A stretch of 64,000 nt of DNA, from contig OZ244621.1 of assembly GCA_965218425.1 (NCBI GenBank), positions 3,936,001-4,000,000 on the forward strand, in the 5' to 3' direction. A model generated the notes under the pieces. The model was not told the origin of the DNA. It saw only the letters and a list, made by a program, of their open reading frames with translations, and did no database searches. A program made the translations under genes and the position numbers. Each line of letters begins with the position of its first letter. Position 1 is the stretch's first letter. Origin of the DNA: an uncultured Candidatus Binatia bacterium (GTDB taxonomy: Bacteria > Desulfobacterota > Binatia > UBA9968 > CAXXLF01). This document shows positions 9,835 through 19,662 of this stretch, piece after piece.

Positions 9835-11046
9835 ATGGCTCGTAAGATAAAGATGATCTCTGGAGACTCGCATCTCGATATACCTCCCGAACGTTGGACC
9901 CACCGTGTGCCGGCCCGCTGGCAGGAACGAGCTCCACGTCTGATCAAACTGGCCAACGGGGATGACGCCTTCATCGTAGAGAACCGTCGCCCCCACGCAC
10001 CGGGGCTCCAGGTGACAGGCGTGTCCTACGATCAGCATGATCTCCATGGCATCAGCTATTTTGGCGCAGGCACCGGCACACCTGAGCAACGGCTAAAGGA
10101 ACAGGACGAGGACGGTGTGGACGCCGAGATCCTCTATACCCATCCGGTTTATCTCAACTCCTGGCGGGGCATCACCGATGACGAACCGTACAAAGCAATG
10201 ATACGCGCCTACAATGGTTGGCTTGCCGAAGAATACTGCTCCTACGCGCCGGACCGACTCATCGGTATGGGGATGATTCCCGATACTGGAATTGATGATG
10301 CTATCGAGGAATTGAATTACTGTGCCCGCATGGGACTCAAAGGAGTCTGCATTTACAAGTTCCCTAACGGAAAAGGGTATCCCCAACCCGAAGATGACCG
10401 TTTTTGGGCGGCTGTATTAGACCACAATATTCCAGTGACTGCCCACACGAATGGGGGCACGACCCGATTCTCCCGCGAGGGGCCGGTATTTCAATATAGC
10501 CGCGGCCCAGGCAAAGGAGGCGCGCCGATTCCAGGACGGGACCCGGTGAACCTGATGGTCCGATTCGCCAGCGATAACGCCCTGGCCCCCTTGCAGATGG
10601 CATTTGCTGGTGTGTTCGACCGTTTTCCGGGACTACGTATCTATTGGTCGGAAACACAAATCGGTTGGTTACCCTATTGCCTTTCCCAGATTGACGACAA
10701 CTACGAACGCAACCGTCACTGGGCCTACCGGCAGTGGGGCTTGGAAAGGCTAAAACGACAACCCAGCGAGTACCTTCGGGAGTGCAATCTCTGGGGCTTC
10801 ATGAAGGACCCCTTTGGGGTGAAGCTGCGTCACGAAATCGGGGTCAAAACTCTCCTATGGGGTAGCGACTTTGCCCATGCCACGGGCGATTGGCCCCATT
10901 CGAAAAGCGTGATCGATAAAACCCTCGTGGGAGTCCCCGATGACGAGCGTTATGCTATGCTTGCTGGAAACGCCATAGGGTTCTTCAGGCTAAAGGATTC
11001 CGTACCTGAGGTACAAGAGATCAGAGGCGCATCCACCGCTGCATAA
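9835..11046 (+). CDS. Amidohydrolase 2 family protein
   Basis: ISGDSH, DGVDAEILY, AYNGWLAEEYC, GVFDRFP, WGSDFAH. Confidence 0.88.
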   Translation: MARKIKMISGDSHLDIPPERWTHRVPARWQERAPRLIKLANGDDAFIVENRRPHAPGLQVTGVSYDQHDLHGISYFGAGTGTPEQRLKEQDEDGVDAEILYTHPVYLNSWRGITDDEPYKAMIRAYNGWLAEEYCSYAPDRLIGMGMIPDTGIDDAIEELNYCARMGLKGVCIYKFPNGKGYPQPEDDRFWAAVLDHNIPVTAHTNGGTTRFSREGPVFQYSRGPGKGGAPIPGRDPVNLMVRFASDNALAPLQMAFAGVFDRFPGLRIYWSETQIGWLPYCLSQIDDNYERNRHWAYRQWGLERLKRQPSEYLRECNLWGFMKDPFGVKLRHEIGVKTLLWGSDFAHATGDWPHSKSVIDKTLVGVPDDERYAMLAGNAIGFFRLKDSVPEVQEIRGASTAA

Positions 11047-11104
11047 GCGGCTGGGGCTCATATTCCATAGATCTCTCGTTTACCGGCCATAAGATGGCCG
11101 GGCT

Positions 11105-12151
11105 TCAGAAGGGCCCAAACCAATGGTCCCGGTCGCGGCGTACCTCTTCACCTTCTATCTCCTCGCGATACCAACCAAAAGGCTGGAGAAGCGGCGCATC
11201 GCTCATGGAGAAGAGGACCGCGTCCTCGGAACCCAAGTTTTCATGGCTATGCCATGACCACGGGGGGACAACGAAAAAATCCCTTCTCCCCCATTGGAGC
11301 TCCACGTCTCTGACACGGGTAACCCCGTTTCCTTGGACCACGTGATAGTCACCTATGGAAGTATGCCGGTGAGCCTTGGTTTTCATGCCTGGTCGCAACA
11401 ATTGAACGGCACAGGAAATGACGGGTAAGGTGGCCCCAGCGGTCCGGGGATTTGTATAATGAAGGATCACACCGTCACATGGGTCTCCCTCCGAAAGCTT
11501 CAGGGCATTGAGGGTTTCTTCCGTATCAGACCATTTGTAGCGATAGGGAGCACCCGGGATTGAGGGGGCGGGTTCGAGCCAGTTGGGTCGGGTTAGGGAT
11601 GCCCGGTGCTTGCTAAATTCAGGCAACGACTCAACGGGCTGGTTGGGAGTAGGGAAATCCTCGCGAAAAGCCATCTGCAAGTGCCCCATGATGGCGGCAT
11701 TCAAACCGTCGATCCATATGGCCGGCTCTGAGGAGTCATTCACATGGTCATGCCAACTCCAGTTGGGGGTAAGGACCAAATCGCCGGATTCCATGGTGGT
11801 GGCCTCCCCATCTACGGTGCTCCAAATTTTAGGGTTCCCCTGGATGATGAATCGAATGGCCTCGGCGGTGTGGCGGTGGGCACGGGCTTTCTCCCCAGGA
11901 AGTACAAGCTGTAGACCCATGTTGATGGTCCTCGATTGTCCGGTTGGGTTTTCCAGTCCTATATTTCGTCTAAAGGCATGACTAATGTCAACGTATTTTC
12001 CGGCTCCATCCAGCGCCTCTTCGATATCCGCCCATTTCCATACATAGGGAGTAATCTCCGATGTTGGCTCGTATGATTGCGGCTCACCCCGGGTCCAGTA
12101 ACCCCGCATACGTTTTTCCTTCATGAAGCGGTTGAGTTCTTCTAAACCCAT
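11105..12151 (-). CDS. Cupin, gentisate 1,2-dioxygenase-like
   Basis: AHRHTAEAIRF, WSWHDH, C-terminal AHRH...WHSH. Confidence 0.85.
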   Translation of the reverse strand: MGLEELNRFMKEKRMRGYWTRGEPQSYEPTSEITPYVWKWADIEEALDGAGKYVDISHAFRRNIGLENPTGQSRTINMGLQLVLPGEKARAHRHTAEAIRFIIQGNPKIWSTVDGEATTMESGDLVLTPNWSWHDHVNDSSEPAIWIDGLNAAIMGHLQMAFREDFPTPNQPVESLPEFSKHRASLTRPNWLEPAPSIPGAPYRYKWSDTEETLNALKLSEGDPCDGVILHYTNPRTAGATLPVISCAVQLLRPGMKTKAHRHTSIGDYHVVQGNGVTRVRDVELQWGRRDFFVVPPWSWHSHENLGSEDAVLFSMSDAPLLQPFGWYREEIEGEEVRRDRDHWFGPF

Positions 12152-12181
12152 ATAGGCATCCTCCTCTCCGGGTATTACGGC

Positions 12182-13234
12182 TTACGATGATTCCTGGCGA
12201 TAGAGCCCCGTGGATTCAGCAAGGGGTCGATCGCTAACCGAAAATAGAAGCACAGGCTGGGTATGAGACTTATTACGGTGCGAATGCCATTGCCAGGACG
12301 GGATATGAAAACAATCACGCTCACCCCATTCCAGTAATTCCATTTTTCCGGTCTCTTTGCCAGCTCGAGACGCCCCATTTCCACTCACTACATAATAGAT
12401 GGTATTGGCAAGATACCTGCTGGGTGGAGTTTCTTCGTTAGGCAGGAGCCTTCGAATCTCACAGGACATGGTTTTCGTTGCTGCTCCCCCCGTCAGCGGA
12501 TTAACGTACTCCAGAATGCTACGGTGAACTGCGTCCCGTCCACCTTGGCCAGTACGCTCTTCAAAGCCGCTCATGGTATCCGCCCATCTATACTTGATGG
12601 GGTATCGAGGAGCCTCAACTTGTCCCTCCCCCTTCCACTCCTTCGGGCGAACAGGACCCAGGGTTCGAAGAAACGATCCGTCCGGTCTGGTGACAGGTTG
12701 AAGGCGTCCTTCGGCGTATCTGTCCCGGAACTCGGCGTCCAGGCTATTGACGATACCCGTGTCCTGTACGGTTAGCCAAATGGCGGGCTCGTCACCTTTA
12801 TTAATGGTACCGTGCCAGGTCCAGCCGGGTTGGATCAAGAGGTCACCCGCCTCCATTGATTGCTCCTCGCCTTCCGCGATCGTATAGGTGTTCGTTCCTT
12901 GAATCATGAAATAGAGCGATGTTCTCGTGTGGCGATGAGACTCAGTGGTTTCCCCGGGGCCCAGATGTTGAACTGACACGGTGAATGTCCGGGTGGTTCC
13001 ATAGGGGCTCGGGCGGGAACGATTCACCAGACCAACCGTACGCATCCTCATGGTGTCGTCAATGGGCACAAGGTCCCCAGCTTCCAATAGGCACGATGAA
13101 ATATCCCGCCAGCACCAGAGCCATGGTCGAATCTCGGCCTCTTTAGAATCCTGAGGCCTCATCCAGGCCCCCTTTAAAGAAGCCTTCTCCAAATTCCCGG
13201 CCAATTCCGCCAACCGATCTCTAGATGACTGCAT
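12182..13234 (-). CDS. Cupin, gentisate 1,2-dioxygenase-like
   Basis: SHRH...WTWHG in the N-terminal cupin; YVNPLTGG; C-terminal HRH replaced by SRY. Confidence 0.82.
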   Translation of the reverse strand: MQSSRDRLAELAGNLEKASLKGAWMRPQDSKEAEIRPWLWCWRDISSCLLEAGDLVPIDDTMRMRTVGLVNRSRPSPYGTTRTFTVSVQHLGPGETTESHRHTRTSLYFMIQGTNTYTIAEGEEQSMEAGDLLIQPGWTWHGTINKGDEPAIWLTVQDTGIVNSLDAEFRDRYAEGRLQPVTRPDGSFLRTLGPVRPKEWKGEGQVEAPRYPIKYRWADTMSGFEERTGQGGRDAVHRSILEYVNPLTGGAATKTMSCEIRRLLPNEETPPSRYLANTIYYVVSGNGASRAGKETGKMELLEWGERDCFHIPSWQWHSHRNKSHTQPVLLFSVSDRPLAESTGLYRQESS

Positions 13235-13388
13235 TTCTGGCTCCTCATTGGTCTATGAACCTATCCAAATTTAAATCTCCAACGTATCCATTTGATGAGT
13301 CCACGGATTGGAATACTAACGAGGCACGCCCATTTAGACACCCGCCAATGTACCACCGGTTTTGGCTTGTAGTAAAGTCCTCAATAAG

Positions 13389-13454
13389 TGTCAAGCCGTG
13401 CCGAGTTGCTGACCTGTTTGCCACTTGACAACCCATATAACCATGGAATAGGAG
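13389..13454. promoter_or_regulatory. Probable divergent sigma70 promoters
   Basis: TGTCAA 13389-94 and TTGACA 13425-30 back to back in a divergent intergenic region. Confidence 0.4.
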
Positions 13455-13553
13455 AACTACTTGGGATCAACGCGGCTAGCTCTACGAGTCTAATCCCCTA
13501 CTAAAGCTGATTGAATGGCTGAGGAGAACCAAAAACGTAAAAGGAGACATGCT

Positions 13554-14498
13554 ATGGCAAATTATGAACCTCTTGAGATACACGGATACTACCGGTCCCA
13601 TACCCACCTTCCGGTTTGGGAGATCGTGGAAGAGACCGGCATATGGAAAGAGTTGGGTATCAAGGCAAGTTTTGAATATTGCGACAGTTCCTCCGAAGCA
13701 GAGGCGGCCCTGTTTGAAGGGAGAGTCGACTTCATTTCGGGAAATCATATCTCCCCCTATGCCCTTGTGGCCCGTGGAAAACCCATCGTCTCCCTCGCTT
13801 CCCCCAGTAACAGCGTTAGCGACAAACTCATTTCAAAGCAGCCCATTAAGTCCATTGCCGAGTTGCGCGGGAAGCGAATCGCCGACACCACCGTCACTGA
13901 CCAGGGCGGGGGGTACAACCATATCCGCGGCAACCACATGCTCTACGTCAAGCATGCGGGGATCAGCCTCGACGATGTAGAGTGGGTGGAGATTACAGAC
14001 AAGATGTCGGAAAAATTCCGTAAGACACAGTTCGAAGCCATGAAGGACAACAAGGCGGATGCCACCATGGTTACGGGAGGAGCGGCGGAGTACGAAAAGG
14101 CGGGCTTCCATGTCCTACAGCTCGAGCGTCTTCCTATGATCAACGGGCCCACGCTCACCACCACAATGGACTGCCTCAAACAGAAAGACCGGATCGGCGA
14201 GCGGCTGGTGAAGGCGCTGCTGTTGGGTATCCACTACGCCCGAACCAACCAGACCGAAACAGAGAAGATCCTGGAAAGGCTCAGGAAACGAGTACCAGAG
14301 GCTGCTTCAGTCACCTACAATAGCGTTGCTAAACTCCTGGCGAAACCTTACCCGGATATGCAAGCCATAGCCAATGCCTATGAGCTTTGTTGCATGAAGG
14401 CCCCGGAGGCCCGGGAGTTAAGCCCCATAGCCATGTGGGACATTCATTATCTGCGCGACCTGGACAACGCAGGGTTTATCGACGGACTGTACCGATAA
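13554..14498 (+). CDS. SsuA/NMT1-like periplasmic-binding-fold protein lacking a signal peptide
   Basis: RBS aaggag before ATG 13554; GIWKELG, AALFEGRVDF, IKSIAELRGKRIA, L.DLDNAGFIDGLY; no hydrophobic N-terminus. Confidence 0.7.
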   Translation: MANYEPLEIHGYYRSHTHLPVWEIVEETGIWKELGIKASFEYCDSSSEAEAALFEGRVDFISGNHISPYALVARGKPIVSLASPSNSVSDKLISKQPIKSIAELRGKRIADTTVTDQGGGYNHIRGNHMLYVKHAGISLDDVEWVEITDKMSEKFRKTQFEAMKDNKADATMVTGGAAEYEKAGFHVLQLERLPMINGPTLTTTMDCLKQKDRIGERLVKALLLGIHYARTNQTETEKILERLRKRVPEAASVTYNSVAKLLAKPYPDMQAIANAYELCCMKAPEARELSPIAMWDIHYLRDLDNAGFIDGLYR

Positions 14499-14579
14499 CG
14501 GGAAGGATCTTCGTAATAGTCGCCAAGACTCCGCCGCAGGACGGCTCAGCCTTGGGCCGAGCCAAACCCGCAAAGAAGC

Positions 14580-14810
14580 TCAACCGCGGATTTACGCGGA
14601 TTATCGCAGACGAAAAACAGCAAAGAGCAGAGCACAAGGGCATAGCGTCCTAGTGGATTCGGGACCACTGACTACCGACTACTGACCTTTGACCCGGATC
14701 CGGGATTACCGACCGGGAGCGTATGGTCCATGGTCCGTTGGCTCTTTACTTTTTTCGCTCAGCACTCGTTACTCGTTACTGATGAGTCGTCTAGCGCTAT
14801 GCGCTTTGCA
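14580..14810. repeat. Cluster of short tandem/inverted motifs between convergent genes
   Basis: ccgcggatttacgcggattatcgcaga; gcaaagagcagagcacaagggcatagcg with cgctatgcgctttgc; actgactaccgactactgac; actcgttactcgttact. Confidence 0.55.
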
Positions 14811-14811
14811 C

Positions 14812-16370
14812 CTAGCGCATTTTATCCAGCCACGCGTGGTTTAATCCTGCGCCCCAGGGGCGGAACGCTCCTCCGGAATCCGTCGTGAATCCCTTGACGT
14901 AAGTCCGCAGGGTAAAAAACCGTGGCACATAACCCACAGGAATGAAAGGCAGATCCTCACCGACTTGGGTCAAGATCTGTTTGAATTGGGCTTTGCGTTT
15001 CGTAGGATTCAGCTCAGTCTCCGCCTTTTTTACCAGGTCCTCCACTTCTCTGTCACAGTATGCAGCCACATTGGCGATCCGCCTTTGGGGGTTTACGCAT
15101 GTCAGGTCTGGCCCGTAAACCATGGTGGGATCCGGATCATAGCCGCCGCCGAAAAACATAAAAGAGTAGTCACCTTTACGCTGGCGATCGGTGTAGCTTC
15201 CATAGTCCAACACATCGAGAGTGACCTTCAATCCAATCTTTTTGAGCTGGGCTTGGAGCACGGTTGCCTCAATTGCCTGGTCCTCCCCCTGCCGGAGCAT
15301 GATCGTGAGAGTTTTTCCCTTATAACCTGACTTCTGGACAAGGGATTTCGCTTTTTTGAGATCGCAAGAGGGTGACGGTACTCCTTCAATATACCAGGTA
15401 TGATCCTTTGGATACTTCTGATCGGTGGTCTCGCCAAACCCGAAGTAGGCGGCGCGCAGAATCTCCTTCTTGTTCATGGCGTGGGCCACTGCCTGGCGTA
15501 GCTCCTTACTGTTGAAGGGAGGATCCGCCACGTTAAAATAGAGACGCCGGAAGCCCGCGTAGGGAGCCTTCACAATGTCGATGCCTTTGATCTTCCCATT
15601 GGAAACAGCCCTGACCCACTCGTAGGGGGACCGCTCCACGATGTCCACATCACCTGAGCGAAGTGCCGTGAAACGCACCGTGGAATTGGCAATGGGCCGC
15701 AGAATCACCCTGTCCACATAGGCTTTATGGCCCCAGTAGTCGTCAAAACGGTCAAAGACCATCCGCTGTTTTGACTTCCATTCCACGAATTTGAAGGGTC
15801 CCGTCCCCGGAGGAAATGTGTCGGGTCTCATGACACCCTCCTTGAGAGATTCCTTGGGGATCACCGAAAATGCTGAGATGTTAGTGAGAGTGGTAAGGAA
15901 TGCCGGACTGGCCTTTTTGAGAGAGAGCTTTAGGGTGTATTTGTCAGGTGTTTCCACTGATTCAACTAGACTTAGCGGGTTAATCCGTGGACCCCATTTT
16001 TCGGATTCAGAGAGTAGTCGATGGCATACTTTGCGTCCTCGGCCGCCATCTCCCGGCCATCGTGGAACTTGACCCCCTTACGCAGGTGAAAGGTGATTTG
16101 CCTGCCATCCTTGGACACATCCCAGGACTCCGCCAGATAGGGTTGAATGTTTCCCTTCAAATCGATTCCGAGGAGCGGCTCGAACATTAAGTCACGTATG
16201 GATCTATCAGTGGACCTGGTCCGCACCAAAGGATTCATTAACGTCAAATCCTTCCTGGTGGCCATGGCAAGGGTACCACCCCGCTTGGGTTGATCGGCGG
16301 CGCTTGTAACTGGCAGTACCATCCCCCCCAACAAGGCGATGGCCAGCGTAATAGTCAGTACGCGTTTCAT
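14812..16370 (-). pseudogene. Family 5 (peptide/nickel-type) ABC solute-binding protein, frameshifted ~15975
   Basis: ORF 15972-16370 (signal peptide, PKRGGTL, LAESW, LRKGVKFHDG) continues in ORF 14812-15957 (GTGPFKF, FDDYWG, LRQAVAHA) after a 1-bp shift. Confidence 0.85.
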
Positions 16371-16447
16371 CCTATCTCCTGAAAATCATCGTACGTTATG
16401 CTCAGCGAGATTTAGACGCTCTCATTTGACTCGGCTATCGCTCTTTT

Positions 16448-17617
16448 TTAGCCGTCTCCCAGTTGGAAAAATTCGACGGCATTTCCAGCCACCATCTTGT
16501 ACTTCTCATCATCCGGTACATCCGCCATTTGTGATCCCATCACTTTTAAAGAGTTGGGCCATCGGCTCACGATGTGTGGAAAGTCGGTGGACTACATAAT
16601 CCGATTCACGCCAATCTCATGGCGTAGATGCACCCCGATGAAATCCTCAAAGAATCCCCAGTAAGCGTGTTCTCTTAGGTATTCACTGGGCAAACGAGAT
16701 AGAGGTTTGAGTCCCAGGAGTTGTTCCGCCCAGTGCCGGTTGGTTTTGTACTCCTGATCCATCTGCTCAAAGCAGTAGGGAATCCACCCCAGGTTGTTCT
16801 CCGCCCAATAGATCTTCAGCTTTGGAAAGCGATCGAATACCCCTGAGAGAATGAGCTGGACGGCCTCCAGGGCCCCACAATGAAAAATCGCCTGGCGTGC
16901 AAGCCGTTGGACGAAATCCGTGGGAGCCCTCTCCTCACCTTGCAACTCAAGGGGGTACTTCAACTGGTAGACATCACGTCCCTGAACTTGGTGATGGAAA
17001 GAAGTGTGAATTGTTATGGGCATGTTCATGTCCAGCGCGGCGGCCCAAAAATTATCGTCCTCGGGGGTAGGGTAACGTTGTCCACTAGGAAAGGTCTCCA
17101 GTAAGACCGCCTTGAAGCCCATTCGGGCACATCGCTCCATTTCAGCGATATCCTCCTCAGCTCCGCAATTGGGGAGGCCCCCCCCACACCGACAAGTCGA
17201 TCCGGTGCAACCGCGCAGTACTCCTGCGCCATAAAGTCATTGAAACCCTGGACGATGACGAGACGGGCATCCCTGTCTTTGATCGAAGGTTGACGAACAC
17301 CCAGCGAATAGAGCACCTCCGCATCAATACCGTCTTTATCCTGTTCCAAAAGCCGTTGCTCCGACGTGCCGCATCCAGGAGTTCCATCAAAATCAATTTT
17401 GCTTGGATTGATCTCTTCAGGGGGCCTTCCCCCCAACCCAGCTGGTCCCCCCGTAGGTGACGGATCGGTCTTCGGTTACGATCGCATCTCTACCGTCGGA
17501 GAGCTTGATACGACGAGGCGCCCGGTCCCGGTATTTCTTCGGAACTCGATGGGTCCATCGGTCAGGGGGACATTCGAAGTGGGAGTCAGCCGAAATGCAA
17601 CGGTAACTTTTTGCCAG
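16448..17617 (-). pseudogene. Amidohydrolase 2 family pseudogene (paralog of 9835-11046)
   Basis: CTG at the expected start after GGAGG; ISADSH; frameshifts at C6 17429-34 and C8 17178-85; TAG at 16592 in place of Trp (IM*STDFPH); natural stop at 16448. Confidence 0.85.
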
Positions 17618-17692
17618 AGGAACCTCCAGTTCCCTTCAATGTACAAAGCCGACCGTCCTGTGTCGGGCACCCATATTAACGTAGGTTATGAG

Positions 17693-17749
17693 TGTCAACA
17701 GGCGTAGGGTATGAATATCTTGACAACCACGGGGTCTCCATACTACTAA
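17693..17749. promoter_or_regulatory. Probable divergent sigma70 promoters
   Basis: TGTCAA 17693-98 and TTGACA 17720-25 followed by TACTAC/TACTAA. Confidence 0.4.
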
Positions 17750-17776
17750 ACGATTCAAAGGGGGGAATTCCTACCA

Positions 17777-18601
17777 ATGGCCTTGCAGGAAACGGAAAAA
17801 GAAAAAAAGTTAAGTCGTGAGGAATGCTGGAAGCTGGTCAATGAAGCCGTGGATTCTGCACTCAAGCTCGCCCACGAACGTATCTTTAACCATCCCTTTA
17901 CCCAGGAACTCAAGGCCGGGACTCTACCCATAGAGTGCATTAAAGCCTGGCTGCTCAATTCCTACGCCTGGGCGCTGGAGATCAACATGTCGCTTCCCTA
18001 CCGGTATTATCTCTTCCATAACATGTTGAGCCAGCGGCCGGACCTCTTCGAGCTCCTAGCGGATCGCTACGCAGACGAGTTCGTAACCCCCGTGCGGGGA
18101 GGCCATCAACGAACCATGGACATCCTGGGCAAGGCTCTTGGCATAGAGGAGAAAGAGCTGAACGAGTTTCAACAGATTCCTGCCATGAGGGGCATGCTGG
18201 ATGCCAACGTCTGGAATCTGGAGGTTAACACCCAGTTTGGAATTGCCAATACCACCGAAGAGTGGTTCGGCAAGTGGTGTGCACTCTGGTTTGACAGCTT
18301 GACGAAAAACTATGGCATCAGCGGAGAGAACGCCAACTATTTCGCGTTGCACGCCGAGGCGGATAACTATGGCGACCACGAGGCAGGACAGGCCATTGGC
18401 CATGAGGTGATGGGTCACGCCGAGGGGAATCGTTATATCACCGTTCGTCTTCTGGAAGACGGATTGGTACGCCCCGAAGGATTGCGAGAGACAGTCGTCC
18501 GGATGAGTAGCGTGGAACCCTATCTAAACTTCCTCGACGCCATCTACTACACCTACCACCCCGATAAAAAGGTGAGCGACCTGGAACAAACGCGACGCTA
18601 G
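17777..18601 (+). CDS. Heme-oxygenase-like (TenA/PqqC/CADD) fold protein, putative diiron oxidase
   Basis: HPF...L.AGTL N-terminus; ligand-like motifs DEF......GH, TEE, YFALHAEAD....H. Confidence 0.72.
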   Translation: MALQETEKEKKLSREECWKLVNEAVDSALKLAHERIFNHPFTQELKAGTLPIECIKAWLLNSYAWALEINMSLPYRYYLFHNMLSQRPDLFELLADRYADEFVTPVRGGHQRTMDILGKALGIEEKELNEFQQIPAMRGMLDANVWNLEVNTQFGIANTTEEWFGKWCALWFDSLTKNYGISGENANYFALHAEADNYGDHEAGQAIGHEVMGHAEGNRYITVRLLEDGLVRPEGLRETVVRMSSVEPYLNFLDAIYYTYHPDKKVSDLEQTRR

Positions 18602-18609
18602 ACTTTCTC

Positions 18610-18875
18610 CCTCCGCCGAGCCTGCCGATCTAATTCCATATCGTCCCGAGATGTGTCTCACCGCAAGCCAGATCCAAAGGAAGCTGGCGCACCTGAGCGA
18701 AAGTTTGGTTCCGAGGCGTTGGAAGCCTCTGCGAAGCTGAGGTTAAGCAGCATCGACTGTTTGAGCGCAGCGAGTTTCGAGGCTCGCCGAAGCGAGCGGC
18801 TAGGGCTTCCCGCCGAGGGGTCACTGAAGCGTGGTTCGACTCCCGAGCCTGTCGAGGGAAAGGGACGGCAGCCAC
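18610..18875. repeat. Degenerate REP-like intergenic element
   Basis: ttcgactcccgagcctgtcgaggg, ccgagcctgccga, gagcgcagcgag, gccgaagcgagcg. Confidence 0.4.
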
Positions 18876-19064
18876 AGTAAATGCACTCTCAGCGCAGCAC
18901 TAGGTCCGTGGGTTCCCAGTTCAACGAACGACACCTTTCGTAGGTGAGTCTCACCCGGGTTGACATCGAAGGTTGTTTTTCACATACTCTCCGCGCTGAA
19001 GGGTTTGTCCTCAAGGCTCCACGGATGAACCGTCTGGGTCGTTATCTACAGAAAGGGTATCGCT

Positions 19065-19598
19065 ATGGAAGGTGCAGGGATTGTTTTAGACGCCATGGGA
19101 AGGATCAAGGAAACATTGCACGGAACTCTGACGGGCCTGACGGCAGAGGAACTCGCTCGGGAACCCAATCCTCCAATCGGCTGGCTTGCCTGGCGTCTTA
19201 CGCGATCTGACGACAGCCAGCTATCACGTTTGGCAGGATTGGATCAAGCCTGGATCGCCGGGGGTTGGCACGCAAAGTTTAACATGCCGCCCAATCCCAC
19301 GGACTTCGGCCCTAACCTTAGCCATACCCGGGAGCAGGTGGCTGCCTTCAAGGCACCCAATACGCAAACATTACTGGACTATTACGACACGGTTTACGAA
19401 CGGTCCAAGACCTATATCGCTACGGTAACGCCTCAAGAGCTGGACCGTGAACTCAACGAGCCCCGTTACCAGCCCTTGCCCACTCTTGCGGTGAGGCTGG
19501 TTAGCATCATCACCTCTGATATCCACATCTGCGGGCAGATTCTCTATTTACGAAGCCTCCACCGTCACGGTGGATGGTTCCCGAGAGAAGACCCCTGA
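19065..19598 (+). CDS. DinB-family protein
   Basis: GLTAEEL...PPIGWLAWRL, SDIHICGQI; TTGACA-N17-CATACT upstream from 18960. Confidence 0.75.
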   Translation: MEGAGIVLDAMGRIKETLHGTLTGLTAEELAREPNPPIGWLAWRLTRSDDSQLSRLAGLDQAWIAGGWHAKFNMPPNPTDFGPNLSHTREQVAAFKAPNTQTLLDYYDTVYERSKTYIATVTPQELDRELNEPRYQPLPTLAVRLVSIITSDIHICGQILYLRSLHRHGGWFPREDP

Positions 19599-19662
19599 AC
19601 CGCAGTTCTCCATAGTCTTCCAGGATCTCGATAACCGGGTCACTTTAACGAAGGTCTCCACC

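Noticed and set aside
16592..16594. In-frame TAG/TGA as recoding (pyrrolysine, selenocysteine or alternative code)
   Set aside because: Both stops replace Trp codons in genes with other lesions, and TAG and TGA terminate normal genes throughout the window.
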